From Podarcis cretensis (lineage: Eukaryota), in contig OX638160.1 in assembly GCA_951804945.1 (NCBI GenBank), forward strand, positions 32,736,001 to 32,800,000: DNA of 64,000 nucleotides, written 5' to 3'. This document shows, one piece after another, positions 51,155 through 64,000 of the stretch (position 1 is its first letter; each line of letters opens with the position of its first letter). Made by a program: the position numbers and the translations under genes. The notes beneath the pieces are model-generated. The model ran no database searches. It was not told the DNA's origin and saw nothing but the letters and a program-made list of their open reading frames with translations.

Positions 51155-51335
51155 AGAGAACAGTTGGAGGCAGAAATGCTTCTGAATACCATTTCCTGGG
51201 AACCATGGGAGGGGAGGGTGCTCTTGTGCTTATGCTCTGCTCCCTGGTTTCCCACAGGCATCCGGCTGGCCACTGTGAGAACAGGAAGCTGGAATAGATG
51301 GGCCATTGGTGTCATCCAGCAGGCTGTTATTACAT
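51155..51335 (+). mobile_element. CR1 3' UTR remnant
   Basis: gcttctgaatacca...ggctggccactgtgagaacaggaagctggaatagatgggccattgg...atccagcaggct. Confidence 0.75.
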
Positions 51336-51649
51336 TAACGTGGCTTTCACAACAAATTTTTCTTCAAGGGAAACTGTGAAATCATGTTGATTTATTTGCT
51401 TACATTTCCACCCTGCCTTTGTTCTACCACAGAGTCGAATGTGGTTCCCAGGCGGTCACCCACCCAAGGAGACGCAAACCTCCTTAGCTTCGGCAAAGTG
51501 GTGGCCTCCTATGCCTTCAGACAATACCCTGGAACAAACACAGGTCGATAAAGACTGCAGTCACATCATATAGAGAAAGTGATGTATGCAAGTTACAGTG
51601 AGCTCTGTTCACGGTTAGTTACTAAAAGTAGACCCCTAATGCAGTATGA

Positions 51650-52129
51650 TGTCAGGGACTGGACTGAGGAGGAATGGTAGAGACTGCCTCCCCCTCCTCC
51701 TGAACCTTCCAGAGAAGAGGAAGACAGTATAGATTTACAACAGTGGTTTGGAGAAGGTCATGGCTCAGAGATATAATAAAGGGAAATAATGAAAGAAAAG
51801 GAGGCGGGAAGCAGAGCCAGAGCTATCATTATCATTAGAAAGCATTCCAGACCCCCCTTCTCCCAGAACCTGATGGACAGTGAAAGTGGGAGAGCAGAAA
51901 GCGAAGAGGCAAATGGCCTTAAGCAGCTACTGTAAGGGTGGTTGTGCTGTTGACGACTGAGAAGGGAGGGGGGGGAGATTACTCGGAGCAACTCCATTAC
52001 CCAAAGAGGCAGCATTTCTAAGCGTCTCTCTGTGAACATTGAATAAAAGACATTGGTAAGAGCTTCTCATCTATCTATTGCTGGCAGCCTGCCGTGAGGG
52101 GGAAGGTTGGGATTCCCTGAAGCCTGACA
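51650..52129 (+). mobile_element. Solo LTR with decayed acidic/SP/basic U3 frame
   Basis: TGTCAGG...CCTGACA termini, AATAAA at 52042-47. Phase-2 frame VRDWTEEEW*RLPPPPPEPSREEEDS..., later PPSPRT*WTVKVGEQKAKR. TSD imperfect (tatga/tatac). Confidence 0.75.
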
Positions 52130-52551
52130 TATACTATAAATATCACAACAAACAATAACACAAAACACTAATAATGCAAAACACTATCCCATTTGCAGGC
52201 ATTTAGTTGGGCACTGTGAAAACAAGATGCTGGCTTAGATGGGTCATTGGTCTAATTGGTCTTCTTATATCAAATTTATTTCTGTTAGGTTGGATGGATC
52301 CTGGGGTTTCCTTCTTCTGACAAAAGTAGCTACTTCTGTATATCAACCTTTGAAGTTGGGCAACTAGGTGGTTGACAATTCTCTCATAGCAGCACCAAAG
52401 GGTTCCCCAGATCTGTGACTTCTGCTTACTCCCTAGTCTTATTAAAAGCAATGAAAATGAAAGAATTTATCTCTGCAACTTGTGCTGGAACAATGCAGAA
52501 TATTTTGCTTCATTAGTTATGAAATATTCCATTAATTTGATGAGTTTATAT

Positions 52552-52683
52552 CAGGCATAAGCAAACTCGGCCCTCCAGATGTTTTTGGACTACAACTCCC
52601 ATGATCCCTAACAGGACCAGTGGTCAGGAATGATGGGAATTGTAGTCCCCAAACATCTGGAGGGCCAGGTTTGCCTATGCCTG
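52552..52683. mobile_element. Palindromic hAT-type MITE (related to 25329-25464)
   Basis: TIRs CAGGCATAAGCAAAC / GTTTGCCTATGCCTG. Perfect 8-bp TSD GTTTATAT. Confidence 0.92.
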
Positions 52684-54496
52684 GTTTATATGTTGGGATA
52701 CCTTTTTATATTACATGCTTCCTGTTCAGAGTTTAAGAGTTTATGTCTCTGAGTTAACTGGGAAGCAGCTGTTCAAGGGGGAAACCCCTATTTAATGATG
52801 AGGTTAAAGGAGGATATAGGATATGAACTAGATACTCCCCCATTTATAATCTTCCAGTGGAAACCTCTCTCCAACAACTTTTGACTCATTATTGCACAAA
52901 GCCCCTAAGTCAATATTTTACTTTAACATCTCAAGTATGTTTTCCCACTTCACAAAATATAGTAAAACCCATTGCTTGCTTTTGCTCTTTAAGTTAGCTG
53001 GACTGGAAGGAGGGTGCTAGGAAAACAATTGCTCTCTTATATTTCATTTTCCATTTATAATTTATTATATACCTTAAGCAGCAAGTGCAATCAGTTCTAC
53101 ATTTTATTTAGTGCCCCATTGCAATTATTTCATTTATTTATGTAAACTTTTTCATGTACTGTTTATTTTGCATTATGCTTTTGCTGTTTTATCAGTTCTA
53201 CATTATTTACTATTTATTTTGAAAGTGCGTATGTACAACTGTACACCATTTGTCAGTTTTGATTAATATATCTTTTAATTCACTTTCTTTTTGGTTTGGT
53301 TCAGGCTCTTTGGTCACTATTCATATTCTCACTGGAGCATATTACTATACTCTGAATTTAGAATTTGTTTTTCTCTGAGGACCTAATTAAAAGGTAATAC
53401 ACACAGACACACACACACACACCTGCCTTTGTTCCATCATGGAACTCAATATGGTGTAATTTAGGTTCAAAGGTGATTTCCTACCTAGAATTGACCAGAC
53501 TCAAACCTGGTTCCTTTAAGCAAGGTAATTACATCTTGTACTATTGGACCCTTTCCTTAGGACCATAGTCCTGAAGGTGTGAAGTGATGCATTTGTTCAC
53601 TAACTGATACGTAAACAACCCAAAGACATAGGAAATTCAAACACAGAATATCTTAGAAAGAAGATTATCTACCACATGTGTATCCTAAATGAATACTAGA
53701 TTTGGTGCATTAAAAATAAGCTAAACAAGGACAAATCTAGCCAATGGCCTTTTGTATAATTATTGTCGTCATTATTTTCAAACCCCATCAAAGCAGAGCA
53801 TGCACTCTCACCATCTTACAAGCTTTGTCACTTTTATACAGCCAGAACTTCAAGTACTCTCAATTCTGTAATTATACCCCTTTTTATCACTGGTGAAGTG
53901 TTATATAAAAAGAATAAAATTGCTTCCTGGGAAATAGAATTTCTACTGAGAAGAACTCATTACAGGAGGCAGCAATTTTACTGAGCTTACAAATTACATA
54001 TTATTGTTAAAGTCTATTTCAAATCACTTATTCAGAGAGCAAGAAAGATTGATTCAGAGAACATAAACACCCAAGGCTTACCCAGAGGTTGATGTCATAC
54101 ATGGTTTCTTTTAAGGGCCTGTTTACATAATCGTTTATCCTGGGGTGGCTACCTCTGATGCACTTCAGTTTCTGACTTGTTTACATGCTCAAGTAGTGAA
54201 CCAGAAGTGAGAGAGAGCAAAATTAGGGACTCTCGATTCACATTTTACCCTGGGATAACTAGCAACAACGGAATTGTCATTTCTAGCATACAGAGAGTGG
54301 GTGGAATGGGCTGCAGGGAGGATCACAGATCCAGGCACTCAGCTTTGTGAAGCAGGGGGTAAAAAAAAAAGACACCCCCCCCCAAAGTGAGGCCTGAAGC
54401 AAAATGTTGCAGCATAGAGGGCTCTCATTCAGGTTTCCAGCCAGCTACAGTATCTATGTCCTTTCCCAGGATACTGCATTCTATCCCCCTAAGCCT

Positions 54497-55032
54497 ACTT
54501 CTTGGGAGAAATGCAATGACAAACCTAGACAGCATCTTAAAAGCAGAGACATCACCTTGCCGACCAAGGTCTGTATGGTTAAAGCTATGGTTTTCCCAGT
54601 AGTGATGTATGGAAGTGAGAGCTGGACCATAAAGAAGGCTGATCGCTGAAGAATTGATGCTTTTGAATTATGGTGCTGGAGGATACTCTTGAGAGTCCCA
54701 TGGACTGCAAGAAGATCAAACCTATCCATTCTGAAGGAAATCAGCCCTGAGTGCTCACTGGAAGGACAGATACTGAAGCTGAGGCTCCAATACTTTGGCC
54801 AACTCATGAGAAGAAAAGGCTCCCTGGAAAAGACCCTGATGTTGGGAAAGATGGAGGGCACAAGGAGAAGGGGACGACAGAGGACGAGATGGATGGACAG
54901 TGTTCTCGAAGCTACAAACATGAGTCTGACCAAACTGCAGGAGGCAGTGGAAGACAGGAGTGCCTGGCGTGCTCTGGTCCATGGGGTCATGAAGAGTCGG
55001 ACACGACTAAAAGACTAAACAACAACAACAAC
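54497..55032 (+). mobile_element. Bov-B LINE 3' fragment with nonsense codon and (AAC)n tail
   Basis: Highly similar to 32828-33338. TGA at 54647-49 and a frameshift near 54540. Tail aacaacaac. Confidence 0.95.
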
Positions 55033-55049
55033 CCCAGTTTTCCTTTGGA

Positions 55050-55228
55050 GACGGTGGCAGAGCATCTTCTTTGCATCAAAAGATCCTAGGATCAATCTCT
55101 GACAACCCTAGTTAGGGCTGGGAGAGAACCCTGCCTGAAACCCTGGAGAGTTGATGCCGATAAATGGAAACAGTAGTGAGCCAGATGGGCAATGGTCTGA
55201 CACAGCACATGGCAGCTTCCTATGTTTC
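55050..55228 (+). mobile_element. tRNA-derived SINE (family of 11081), degenerate
   Basis: gtggcagagcatcttctttgc...ttagggctgggagagaaccctgcctgaaaccctggagag...gatgggcaatggtctgac...ggcagcttcctatgtt. Confidence 0.7.
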
Positions 55229-57467
55229 TGTTTTCCCTCCCCAATGGTAAGACAGCATTCCATGTTCACTGAGTATGCTCAGTCCTGATTGGACTGTTTG
55301 GGGGAAAACTGTCCCTTAGTGTTTCCCCGCCCCCAAAGATTTTTTTTGTACTTCTGCAAACTTTGGGGTTTCTCCTAACCTCTATTGACACCTCAGTCTC
55401 CTTCCCCCTGCCAGCTGTATGTTCAATTAGGGACTGGATCCAGGGCAGAGATGGTTGTCCATGGGCCAGCCTAGGATGGGTCAGCCTCATTAGGGACCCC
55501 TGGCTCAGGGCCATGGGGCAGAATGGGGCAGCTATGCACAGCCCAAATACAAATATGCATATTTTAGAGGGAAATGCAACTGGAAACCAATTCAAAAATG
55601 CATATTTTGGGGAAGAATGCATACAAAATGCCACAATATGCTGGTATTAAAAAAATATATATATAATCACAAAAACTGGGACAAAACAGACATATGATTG
55701 AGTACATGTGAAACTGACATGGAACGGACTGCTATGTCTGTCCTTACATTCTGAACCGGAAAGGCCTGCCTGCACACAGGGAAGGAATTGATAAATTGCT
55801 GTAGTATTTGGAAGGGCATCTTTGTCACATACCTCCCTTCCTCTGCTTGAAAGAAGAACAAAGCAAGTCAGAAAAAAAGATAACAAAATAACCCTCTTAA
55901 AAACCCTCTACTTGCACTCTAAGTGTTAAGTCATGTAATTTCATTTCAGTCTTTCTTGGTATACAGCCATCGTGTAACCAAGCAAAGTCATTATGATGAG
56001 ATGAAGCAACTGTGAAGTTCATGGCTTTTCCTGGTTGTTTGTGTTTTCACTAATAAGGCATTTTAAAAACTGTGGTAAGGGTCTAGAAACCTTGTTTCCT
56101 CAGGGAAGCAAAATGAATTAAACAAATATATGGATCCGATTTCAGGATTAACACTTCATCACACGTGTCACAGCAAGCTTTCTTTTTCAAATTTAAACCT
56201 ATCATATCTAGCCAAGGATTGAAACTAATTCCTACTTGAGAATAAATGGAAGCATTTTATGTGGCATTAAATGCTCATTGAGTTTTAATCAGATTTGTGA
56301 ACTTGGTTTCACTGGGCTTTATTTAACCTAAGGTGTCACTGACACATTAAGGGAAATGCAATCTCGTTTCACCTTCTGCTTTGTCTATAAATAAAATCTT
56401 CCGCAGGGCACAAGATTAAATTAAATAAAAGGTAAGATGTCTAGTTTGTCTCATGTCAAAAGCTATAAAGTTGTTTGGATACAGTGGGCGACAAACCAAC
56501 CAACCAAAATTTCTAAAGAACAAAATGGACAATTTTTGCAGGATTGAAAAGGTAGACCACATGTTCTGAATTGCTCCATTTCATCTAAATTCTTTATGAA
56601 GCCCTCCACAGCCTTCAGGTGAAATGGAATAATATGGACACTGCACTAATCTTATCACGCAAAACTTAATATGCTTGAGGCATGATCAATACAGCTGAGT
56701 GTCAGAAGCCCTGTAGTGCTGCCAGGATCAGGCTTGCATTGGGAGGCCCTCATACAGGAGGAGAAAGCAGCAAATGGAGTGCTGACTGATAGGAACTGAG
56801 GTTGTTGAAGGGGACTCTCTCACCTGCACTTTGACCTCAGCAATATCTGAAGGAGCAGTGATTCCAGCTCCTCCCCTGATCTCCTAGCAGAGAGGAAAGT
56901 CTCAGTGGAGGCTGGGAAGGGCCGTGGGCAACTAAGCAGGGAGGCAACTGAGGAGGTAGCAACAAATGATACAGAATTGTTGCCTAGAACCAGGCAAAAC
57001 CTTCACAGATGGGAGCAGACTTGCCCACCCTGAAATAGCACATATTTGCAATCTCAACATTCCCACAAAGTGAATGTATTTTTGCAAGTGAGCTTGCCAC
57101 AGCTCATCTTTCAAAGCTTGGTGGGCAGGGCATGGAAACTATTGGGACATCTTCATTGCTTCTGTCCAGTTCTGAATGTCTTGCCTGATTCCTGAACTCC
57201 TGATTCATGGCTCCTGAATAGGAACGTAATTCGAGATATCATCTTGCTTTGTTGGTTTTTCATGAATTATTGAGCCCATCCTACTTTGCAGCTCTCTCTC
57301 TTTCATAATTTTGATGCCCTTCTCACTTTCCCTGTGTAAAGTTTCATAATTGTTTTCAAGAACCTCAGTGTGGGTTTCATAACTTGAATTCTGGCCATAT
57401 AATGGTTACCACTGCAGGGGAGGGTGCATAGAAGGAACTAAAAGGCAGAAAAGGAAGGAGGGGGCTT

Positions 57468-57713
57468 GGTACCTTGGTTTTCGAACAGCTTAGTTCTCGA
57501 AAATTTTGGCTCCTGAACGCCACAAACCCAGAAGTGAGTGTTCCAGTTTATGAACTATTTTTGGAAGCCGACTGTCCAACAGGGCTTCTGCGGCTTCCGA
57601 AAGGCTGTAGGAGCTTCCTGTAGCCAATCAGAAGCCGCTCTTTGGTTTTTGAATGTTTTGGAAGTCAAATGGACTTCTGGAACAGATTCTGTTCGACTTC
57701 CAGGGTACAACTG
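57468..57713. mobile_element. Degenerate Tigger/mariner-like MITE
   Basis: ggtaccttggttttcgaac ... gttcgacttccagggtacaactg imperfect TIRs. Confidence 0.6.
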
Positions 57714-58995
57714 ATCGGAGAGAAAAGGAAAAAGTCATTACCTTATTGGGGGATCACAGGTGGCAAGAAGAGCAATGGAGGTAGTTTGTGCAGCTAATCC
57801 ATCTTGGATGCCGCACAACACTGACATAGGGTAGTGCAGCTTCTTTCTCTCTACCTCTCTGCAAATGCAAGAAGCCCCTTTCACATGCAAAAGCGCTTCT
57901 GGCACAATGGAACACCATGACAGAAACCAGAGCGCATGGAAATGCAGTTTACATGCAATGTAGAGTGGCTGACTGGGTCACTGAATGGCAGGCCTTAAAG
58001 CAGGCCTGCAATGCTGTGTTAACCAGTGGAAGGGAATCCTTAATTATATTTCTATTAGAATTACTGCCCCCCTCTCATTGAACAGATGTTCTCAAGAATC
58101 CCAGGGAAAAGGTACAGTGCATGCTTTCAGACATGCAACTGCTGACACAACGATCTTTCATGAATAAACACAAAGCTTTACTGGAAACTGATGCCATTTT
58201 AATTCAAAGAAATCAAAAGGCAGAATATATTGACTCTAAATAAACGAACTTGTTTTATTAAGATTACTTGCCTAAAGTGAAACTAACATAGCAGGATTTG
58301 CTATTACGAAAAAAGTTTTTTGAAAAAAACATTTCCAAAGGACAGCCTAGTGCATCATGGTCCAATGAATATTCAGAGAAAACGATCAGTTGTGTGACAT
58401 TTTGCAAGCAATTTTGAAAAGCATGAACTCTGCAAATCCTGAACTTTGTGTCTGCTGCAAGTTTGCACCATTACTTGCTTGAATAATGATGTCTTTCTTA
58501 CTTACTTGTAAGAGGCTCTGTCTGCATGTGTTGGCTGTCAGGAAGGATACATGAGCACAAGAACTAAACGTTTTAAGAAGATGTGCTGCCTGACTAGATA
58601 ATTTAATTCTTTTTTTGCTCAGAGAATTAATTGATCTGGAAAAAAAATTAGATATGCAGTTTCTACAAACCAGGACATTAAATGTACCATTAAACAGCTT
58701 AGACTAGAATCAGTCAAGTTGTATAACTTGCAGTTGCTTCTCGGGATAACTTTCAGCAATACAAGTAAACGGTATGTTTTCTGAGACAACGCACTGCCCT
58801 GAAGCATAAATAAATTGCAATGCAATTTGAAATGCACTGGACCCTTACAAGCTTTGCCCTGTGAATGCAGAATAGCAATCCGTTTTGCTAGAGGACCAGG
58901 CCTCGCTCTCAATTCCACTGTACAGAGAATTGAATTTCTACTGCAGTCTCTGCAGCAGCTCTCTAGTCCTTGTCTTGATCTCATATATATTAATG

Positions 58996-60499
58996 TTTTT
59001 TTTAATATAATATTTATTAATAGTTTTTTTAAATTATAACATAATAAACAAAACATACAAAAAACATCACATTTCATAACATATTTTCTTATCCTTTTTA
59101 GACTTCCTCACATCTCCCTCTCCTACGTTCCAAAATATAAAAATTAATTCAGCAATTTGTCACCTTGTCCCCACCTTATCTAATTTTCCAATGTTATATC
59201 TTAAATTTTAGATATATTCATTTAACTTTTTAAAACTTTTTAATTTAGCCTAATCATTATCTAAAAGTTGATTTTTTTCCTAAATTTAGCTTATCTTCAT
59301 AGTTCAGTTTATCTAATTCAATGGTGCCTAGTTGTTTGTGATCAAGCATCCTCCTTAACATTCATACAGTTTACAATATTTTTGCAAATAGTCCTTAAAT
59401 TTCTTCCAATCTTCTTCCACCGTCTCCTCTCCCAGGTCTCGAATTCTGCCAGTCATCTCAGCCAGTTCCATATATTCTATCAGTTGCATCTGCCATTCTT
59501 CCAGTGTGGGTAGATCTTGGGTTTTCCAATGCTTCGCAACGAGTATCCTTGCTGCTATTGTTGCATACATAAAAAATGTTCGGTCATTCCTTAGCACCCT
59601 CTGGTCAACGATGCCCAAAAGGAAGGCCTCTGGTTTCTTAGGGAAGGTATACTTAAATACCTTTTTCAGCTCATTGTATATCATTTCCCAGAAGGCCTTA
59701 ACCCTAGGGCAAGTCCACCAGAGGTGAAAGAACGTTCCTTCACTTTCCCTGCATTTCCAACACTTATTATCAGACAAGTGGTATATTTTTGCAAGTTTGA
59801 CTGGGGTCATGTACCATCTATATATCATTTTCATTATTTTCTTTCAAAGCATTACATGCAGTGAAATTCAGCCCAATGGTCCATAACTTTTCCCAGTCCT
59901 CAAACATAATATTATACCCAATGTCCTGTGCCCACTTTATCATAGCTGATTTAACCATTTCATCTTGTGTGTTCCATTTTAACAGCAAGTTATACATTCT
60001 TGAGAGTACCTTAGTCTTAGGCTCTAACAGTTCCGTTTCTAACTTCGATTTTTCCACCTGGAATCCTAACTTTTTATCAAGTTTAAAAACTTCTTTAATC
60101 TGAGCATAATGTAACCAATCTCGCACTTTGTCTTTCATTTTCTCCTGACTCTGCAATTTCCAATTATCTCCATCTTTTTCTAATATTTCCCAATACTTTG
60201 GCCATTTGGCTTCCATATTGAGTCTTTTCCGGGCCTTAGCTTCCAATGGTGAAAGCCACCTTGGAGTTTTGTTTTCCAATAAGTCTTTGTATTTTGTCCA
60301 GACATTAAACACTGCTTTTCTGACAATATGGTTCTTGAAATTCTTATTGATCTTAACCTTGTCATACCATAAATATGCATGCCAACCAAACGCATTGTCA
60401 AAACCTTCCAGATCTAGTACATCAGTGTCTTCGAGAAGCAGTCAATCTTTCAACCAGCAAAAAGCTGCTGATTCATAGTACAGCCTTAAGTCTGGCAGG
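58996..60499 (-). mobile_element. L1-clade LINE, 5'-truncated (ORF2 C-terminus with CCHC knuckle, 3' UTR, poly(A))
   Basis: Encodes LPDLRLYY, YRWYMTPVKLAKIY and CWKCRESEGTFFHLWWTCPRVKAFW. TSD catatatattaatg(tt) at 58982-97 and 60500-15. Confidence 0.93.
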
Positions 60500-62938
60500 C
60501 ATATATATTAATGTTAAGTCTGTTTCTCACAATTTCAACAAACACACAGAGATTGCAACTGAACCCTTTCCCCCAAATGGCTCATATGAACGTTAGGCAA
60601 AGCAAATATTATATATTGTACAAAGTATTTCATAAGATGTTCCTTATTAGTGAAGAATGATACCACCTGAGGTCAGGTGATGAATATAATGTGCAATTGC
60701 TTTTTCTCAATGCAAGATCATCCATTTATCAATCTCATGTGGGCTAACCCTTGTAAGCAGAAAGCAAGGGCAATGTTTGAATAGATTAAGAGAGAATTTG
60801 AGCTGGGGAAAGGAAACATACAAACCAACAACACATTAAAATGAAGGAGAATGAAACCATTCAGCTAACAAAAAATATCTAAAATGCCTGAGCAAAGAAT
60901 AAAAGCTTTAAAGTTGAAAAGAATACAGAGCTGGTGCCAGACATACCTTCATCAGGAAGGCATTCCACACTCAGGGTGCCACCACAGTGAAGGCTCTCTC
61001 TTTTGTACACAAATAATGTACTTCTAAAAATAAAACACAAAGACTTGCACAGGAAGATTAGTACACTAGGAGCCATTTCTTCAGAGACTGGGCCCCAAAA
61101 CTTAATGGTAGTTGTAGTCCAGCAACACCTGAAGGCAACACTTTCGCTACTTGAGCTCTATAGTTTACTTCAGTTGTGGCTAGAACATATTCTAAAATTG
61201 ATGCTTGGTGTTAACTAGGAAGAACCGAAAGCCAAGATTTTTAGAAAGGGATCACTCTGGTATCATGCTACAATTCCTGTTAGCATTCATTTGCACATGA
61301 CACTAGTTTTATCCAGTGCCCTACAGCAAACAAGCGGAATAAAATGATATGAAGCCAGGATTTCATTTGTAACATTTGAAACTAAATCAATTCATCCTAC
61401 TGATTTAATTCAATTTCCATTACACTGCCATATAAGTGCCTCTCAGAGTGCTTTGTGCAATCTAATAAAAATTGAGCTTATTACGGAGAAATGAGAAATC
61501 TCACTAATGTCTCATTCTGCTGTCTTTAAAGACATTGTACATCTTCAATTGCACATTTCCAAGATTCTGAAAAGCAGACAGCTCCAGTCGCAAAACAGGA
61601 AACCTCAGGCTGAATTTGAATATTAAATTTGGAATGGTAAAAAGGAATCTGTGGCAGAGTTCATTTCCATTGACATCAATGGGAGGGATTTTATTTTATT
61701 TTAAAAAATGAAGGGGGAAAAGGAAACAGCCACCTCACTGTACACGCTTGCTACTGCAGCTGCAAAAAATTGGCAGGCTGTAGGTAGGAAGTGGTACTGG
61801 CTCCTCCACAGCCCCCCCCCCCAAGAAAGATTGCTCTGAGGTCAGCATCCATACCATACATTTAAAGTTCACTGAATGCACATTGAATGAAAATGGCATT
61901 CTGGGACTGTAGTTTACCCCTCAGTGAGCTACACTTCCCAGCATGCTTAACAAATGGCAGTGGTGTGGATGTGGCCTTAGGTGCAGAAGGGAAAAATAGA
62001 AGCAGCACCATGGACAGTAACAAATGAGATAAGTTTGATGTATTAAAGGTTGTGCTTTGGAGTCCAATAAGCTCATGTTTCCCTGCTCAGCCAACAACAA
62101 CTTTTTCTGGAGGTTTCACCTCATAACTAGTTTCTTTTCCCTATGGTTTAAAGAACACAATGGAAACAATTACAAAACGTGTTAAAATTTGGCTTTGGTG
62201 CACAGCTAAGCTGCAACTCATTAAAAACTCCTCTTCTTAAATTATCCTCTGTTCTTCCCACCGACAGAATTTCCCAGTGAAATTCCTCTGTAGAGCTTAC
62301 GGTACATTGTTAATGAGAGTAAATCTTCTGTGAGTTCAGCAGTGTAATTTTGTCAGGTTTAAAATGCCTCGGTCAATGGCAAATATACTCTGCAGATTAG
62401 AAGACAAACAACACAGGGATATTTTGATTGGCTGCAGTGAAAAACATGTGTTGCAGTGAAAAACATGTGTTGTCCCAGTTCAGAGAACTGCAGAGAGTTG
62501 CATATACCTTGATGTGCCTGTGAATATTGATGCAGCCTACTGTCCCCTCTCCAAAGTACACATATGCAGCAGGAGTGTATGCTCCTGATCTACAACACAG
62601 TTTCCACATGGCAACTAATGGATCTCTCTCTCAGTGCCTGACTCTATATGGGGCTTTGACAAACATCTGGACAGCCGGTCATGTTTTTTGAAATTGCAAA
62701 CCATCAAAACACTTAAGGGACACTTTGAACTGCTCACCAAAGACTTGCTGAAGTGAAAAAAAGCTTAAAGACAAGGATGGGGAACCTTTTCACCCACATT
62801 CCTTTCTGGGCAACCTTCAGAGTGCCATGTGCATGGCAGTAGAGCAACAAATGCAAATTTTACCTTTGCACACTAGGTTAGCTTCTACACATGTCCACAC
62901 ACCCATCTCTGTCCTCTATCCAGACAAGCAAGGGACAT

Positions 62939-63530
62939 TCTTCTTCTTCTCCTTTGGTGATCACTGATAGCTGAGTAAGATTGTCTTCCATAAACATGGT
63001 TTTAACAGTGACTGTGTAGGCCAGTTCTGGATCTACATGTCCTTCCGCAGTGGGGACATAGGTTTCCGGGCAGGAGTTGATCGTGGTGAAGGTTTGCCAA
63101 GAATTCCTTCCTCTTACCACATTTCTCCCTTTTGTCCTGTGTTTGAGCGTCTTCCAAGCCCACAGCACCTTTGGTAAAGGCTCTTCTCCAATTGGAGCGC
63201 TCGCAGGCCAGTGTTTCCCAGTTGTCGGTGTTTAAACTACACTTTCTTAGATTTACCTTGAGAGAGTCTTTAAACCTCTTTTGTTGACCACCAGCATTAC
63301 GCTTTCCATTTTTAAGTTTGGAATAGAGTAGTTGGTTTGGAAGATGATAATCAGGCACCCGCACAATATGACCAGTCCAACGAAGTTGATGTTGAAGAAC
63401 CATTGCTTTGACACCGGTGATCTTTGCTTCCAGTACACTGGCATTAGTTCGCCTGTCTTCCCAAGTGATGTGTAAAAATTTTCGGAGACACTGTTGATGC
63501 AATCTTTCAAGGAGTTGAAGATGATGCTTA
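62939..63530 (-). mobile_element. RTE-clade LINE (non-Bov-B) 3' fragment
   Basis: Encodes LERLHQQCLRKFLHITWEDRRTNASVL, QLRWTGHIVRVPDYHLP, GGQQKRFKDSLK and CPHCGRTCRSRTGLHSH. (GAA)n tail. Confidence 0.9.
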
Positions 63531-64000
63531 TTATTGGAGTTCAAAGACATGTTCCAGTAAAGAGAGAGCAAAGCAGGGCTTGTGAAGGATGTGGTCTGGG
63601 GAGAGTTACGAAAGGTCAGACAGAGAGGACTAGAAGACCACATTCAGTTGCTTGGCCTCAAGTTGCTTGCAGAACTTGCCAAGATGATAGTGTACGCTTG
63701 TTTCTATGGGCAACTTTGGGTAGCAGTTGCAAAATTCCAATAGCAGGAATCCTGAATGCAGAGAAATCTCCTTCTGGACAATTTACCCATCCCTATAATA
63801 AGATTTGTTCATGTAGAAGCATATATTGCAGGAGGACTGGCTTTGCTAGAGCATAACTTTCTGCAGTGATACAACTGTACCAGCAATAAAAATTAATTTT
63901 TCAGCACCAATACTGAAGCATCAGGCTTTTTCATTTATTCTACCAAGCTGTATTCCCTAGACTCACATTGCAGATATGTGCAAAGAAGAACTGGAGCTGA

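Overview
Eukaryotic, repeat-rich vertebrate DNA. The retroposon set (Sauria SINE, Bov-B, L2, CR1, L1, RTE, tRNA-headed SINEs with CR1-like tails) identifies a squamate, most likely a lacertid lizard. I found no convincing host exon, rRNA, true tRNA or CRISPR array, so this looks like a large intron or intergenic region. Most ORFs in the six-frame track are transposon remnants or noise. The window also holds Tc1/mariner and hAT MITEs with intact TIRs/TSDs, a scrambled Chapaev-type transposase remnant and many solo LTRs. The most interesting pattern is a set of TG...CA solo LTRs: two complete with 5-bp TSDs (18539-19364, 42346-42949) and several truncated or decayed copies. Their U3-like part is filled by a reading frame in the same phase, starting at LTR base 2. 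It encodes a disordered acidic/Ser/Pro-rich stretch followed by an 'SP' motif and an Arg-rich motif (SPRRSA[H<-R]L in the best copy). I infer an LTR-encoded Pol/integrase tail or accessory protein, possibly with an HMGN-like nucleosome-binding motif. All family assignments are from recognition, not database searches.
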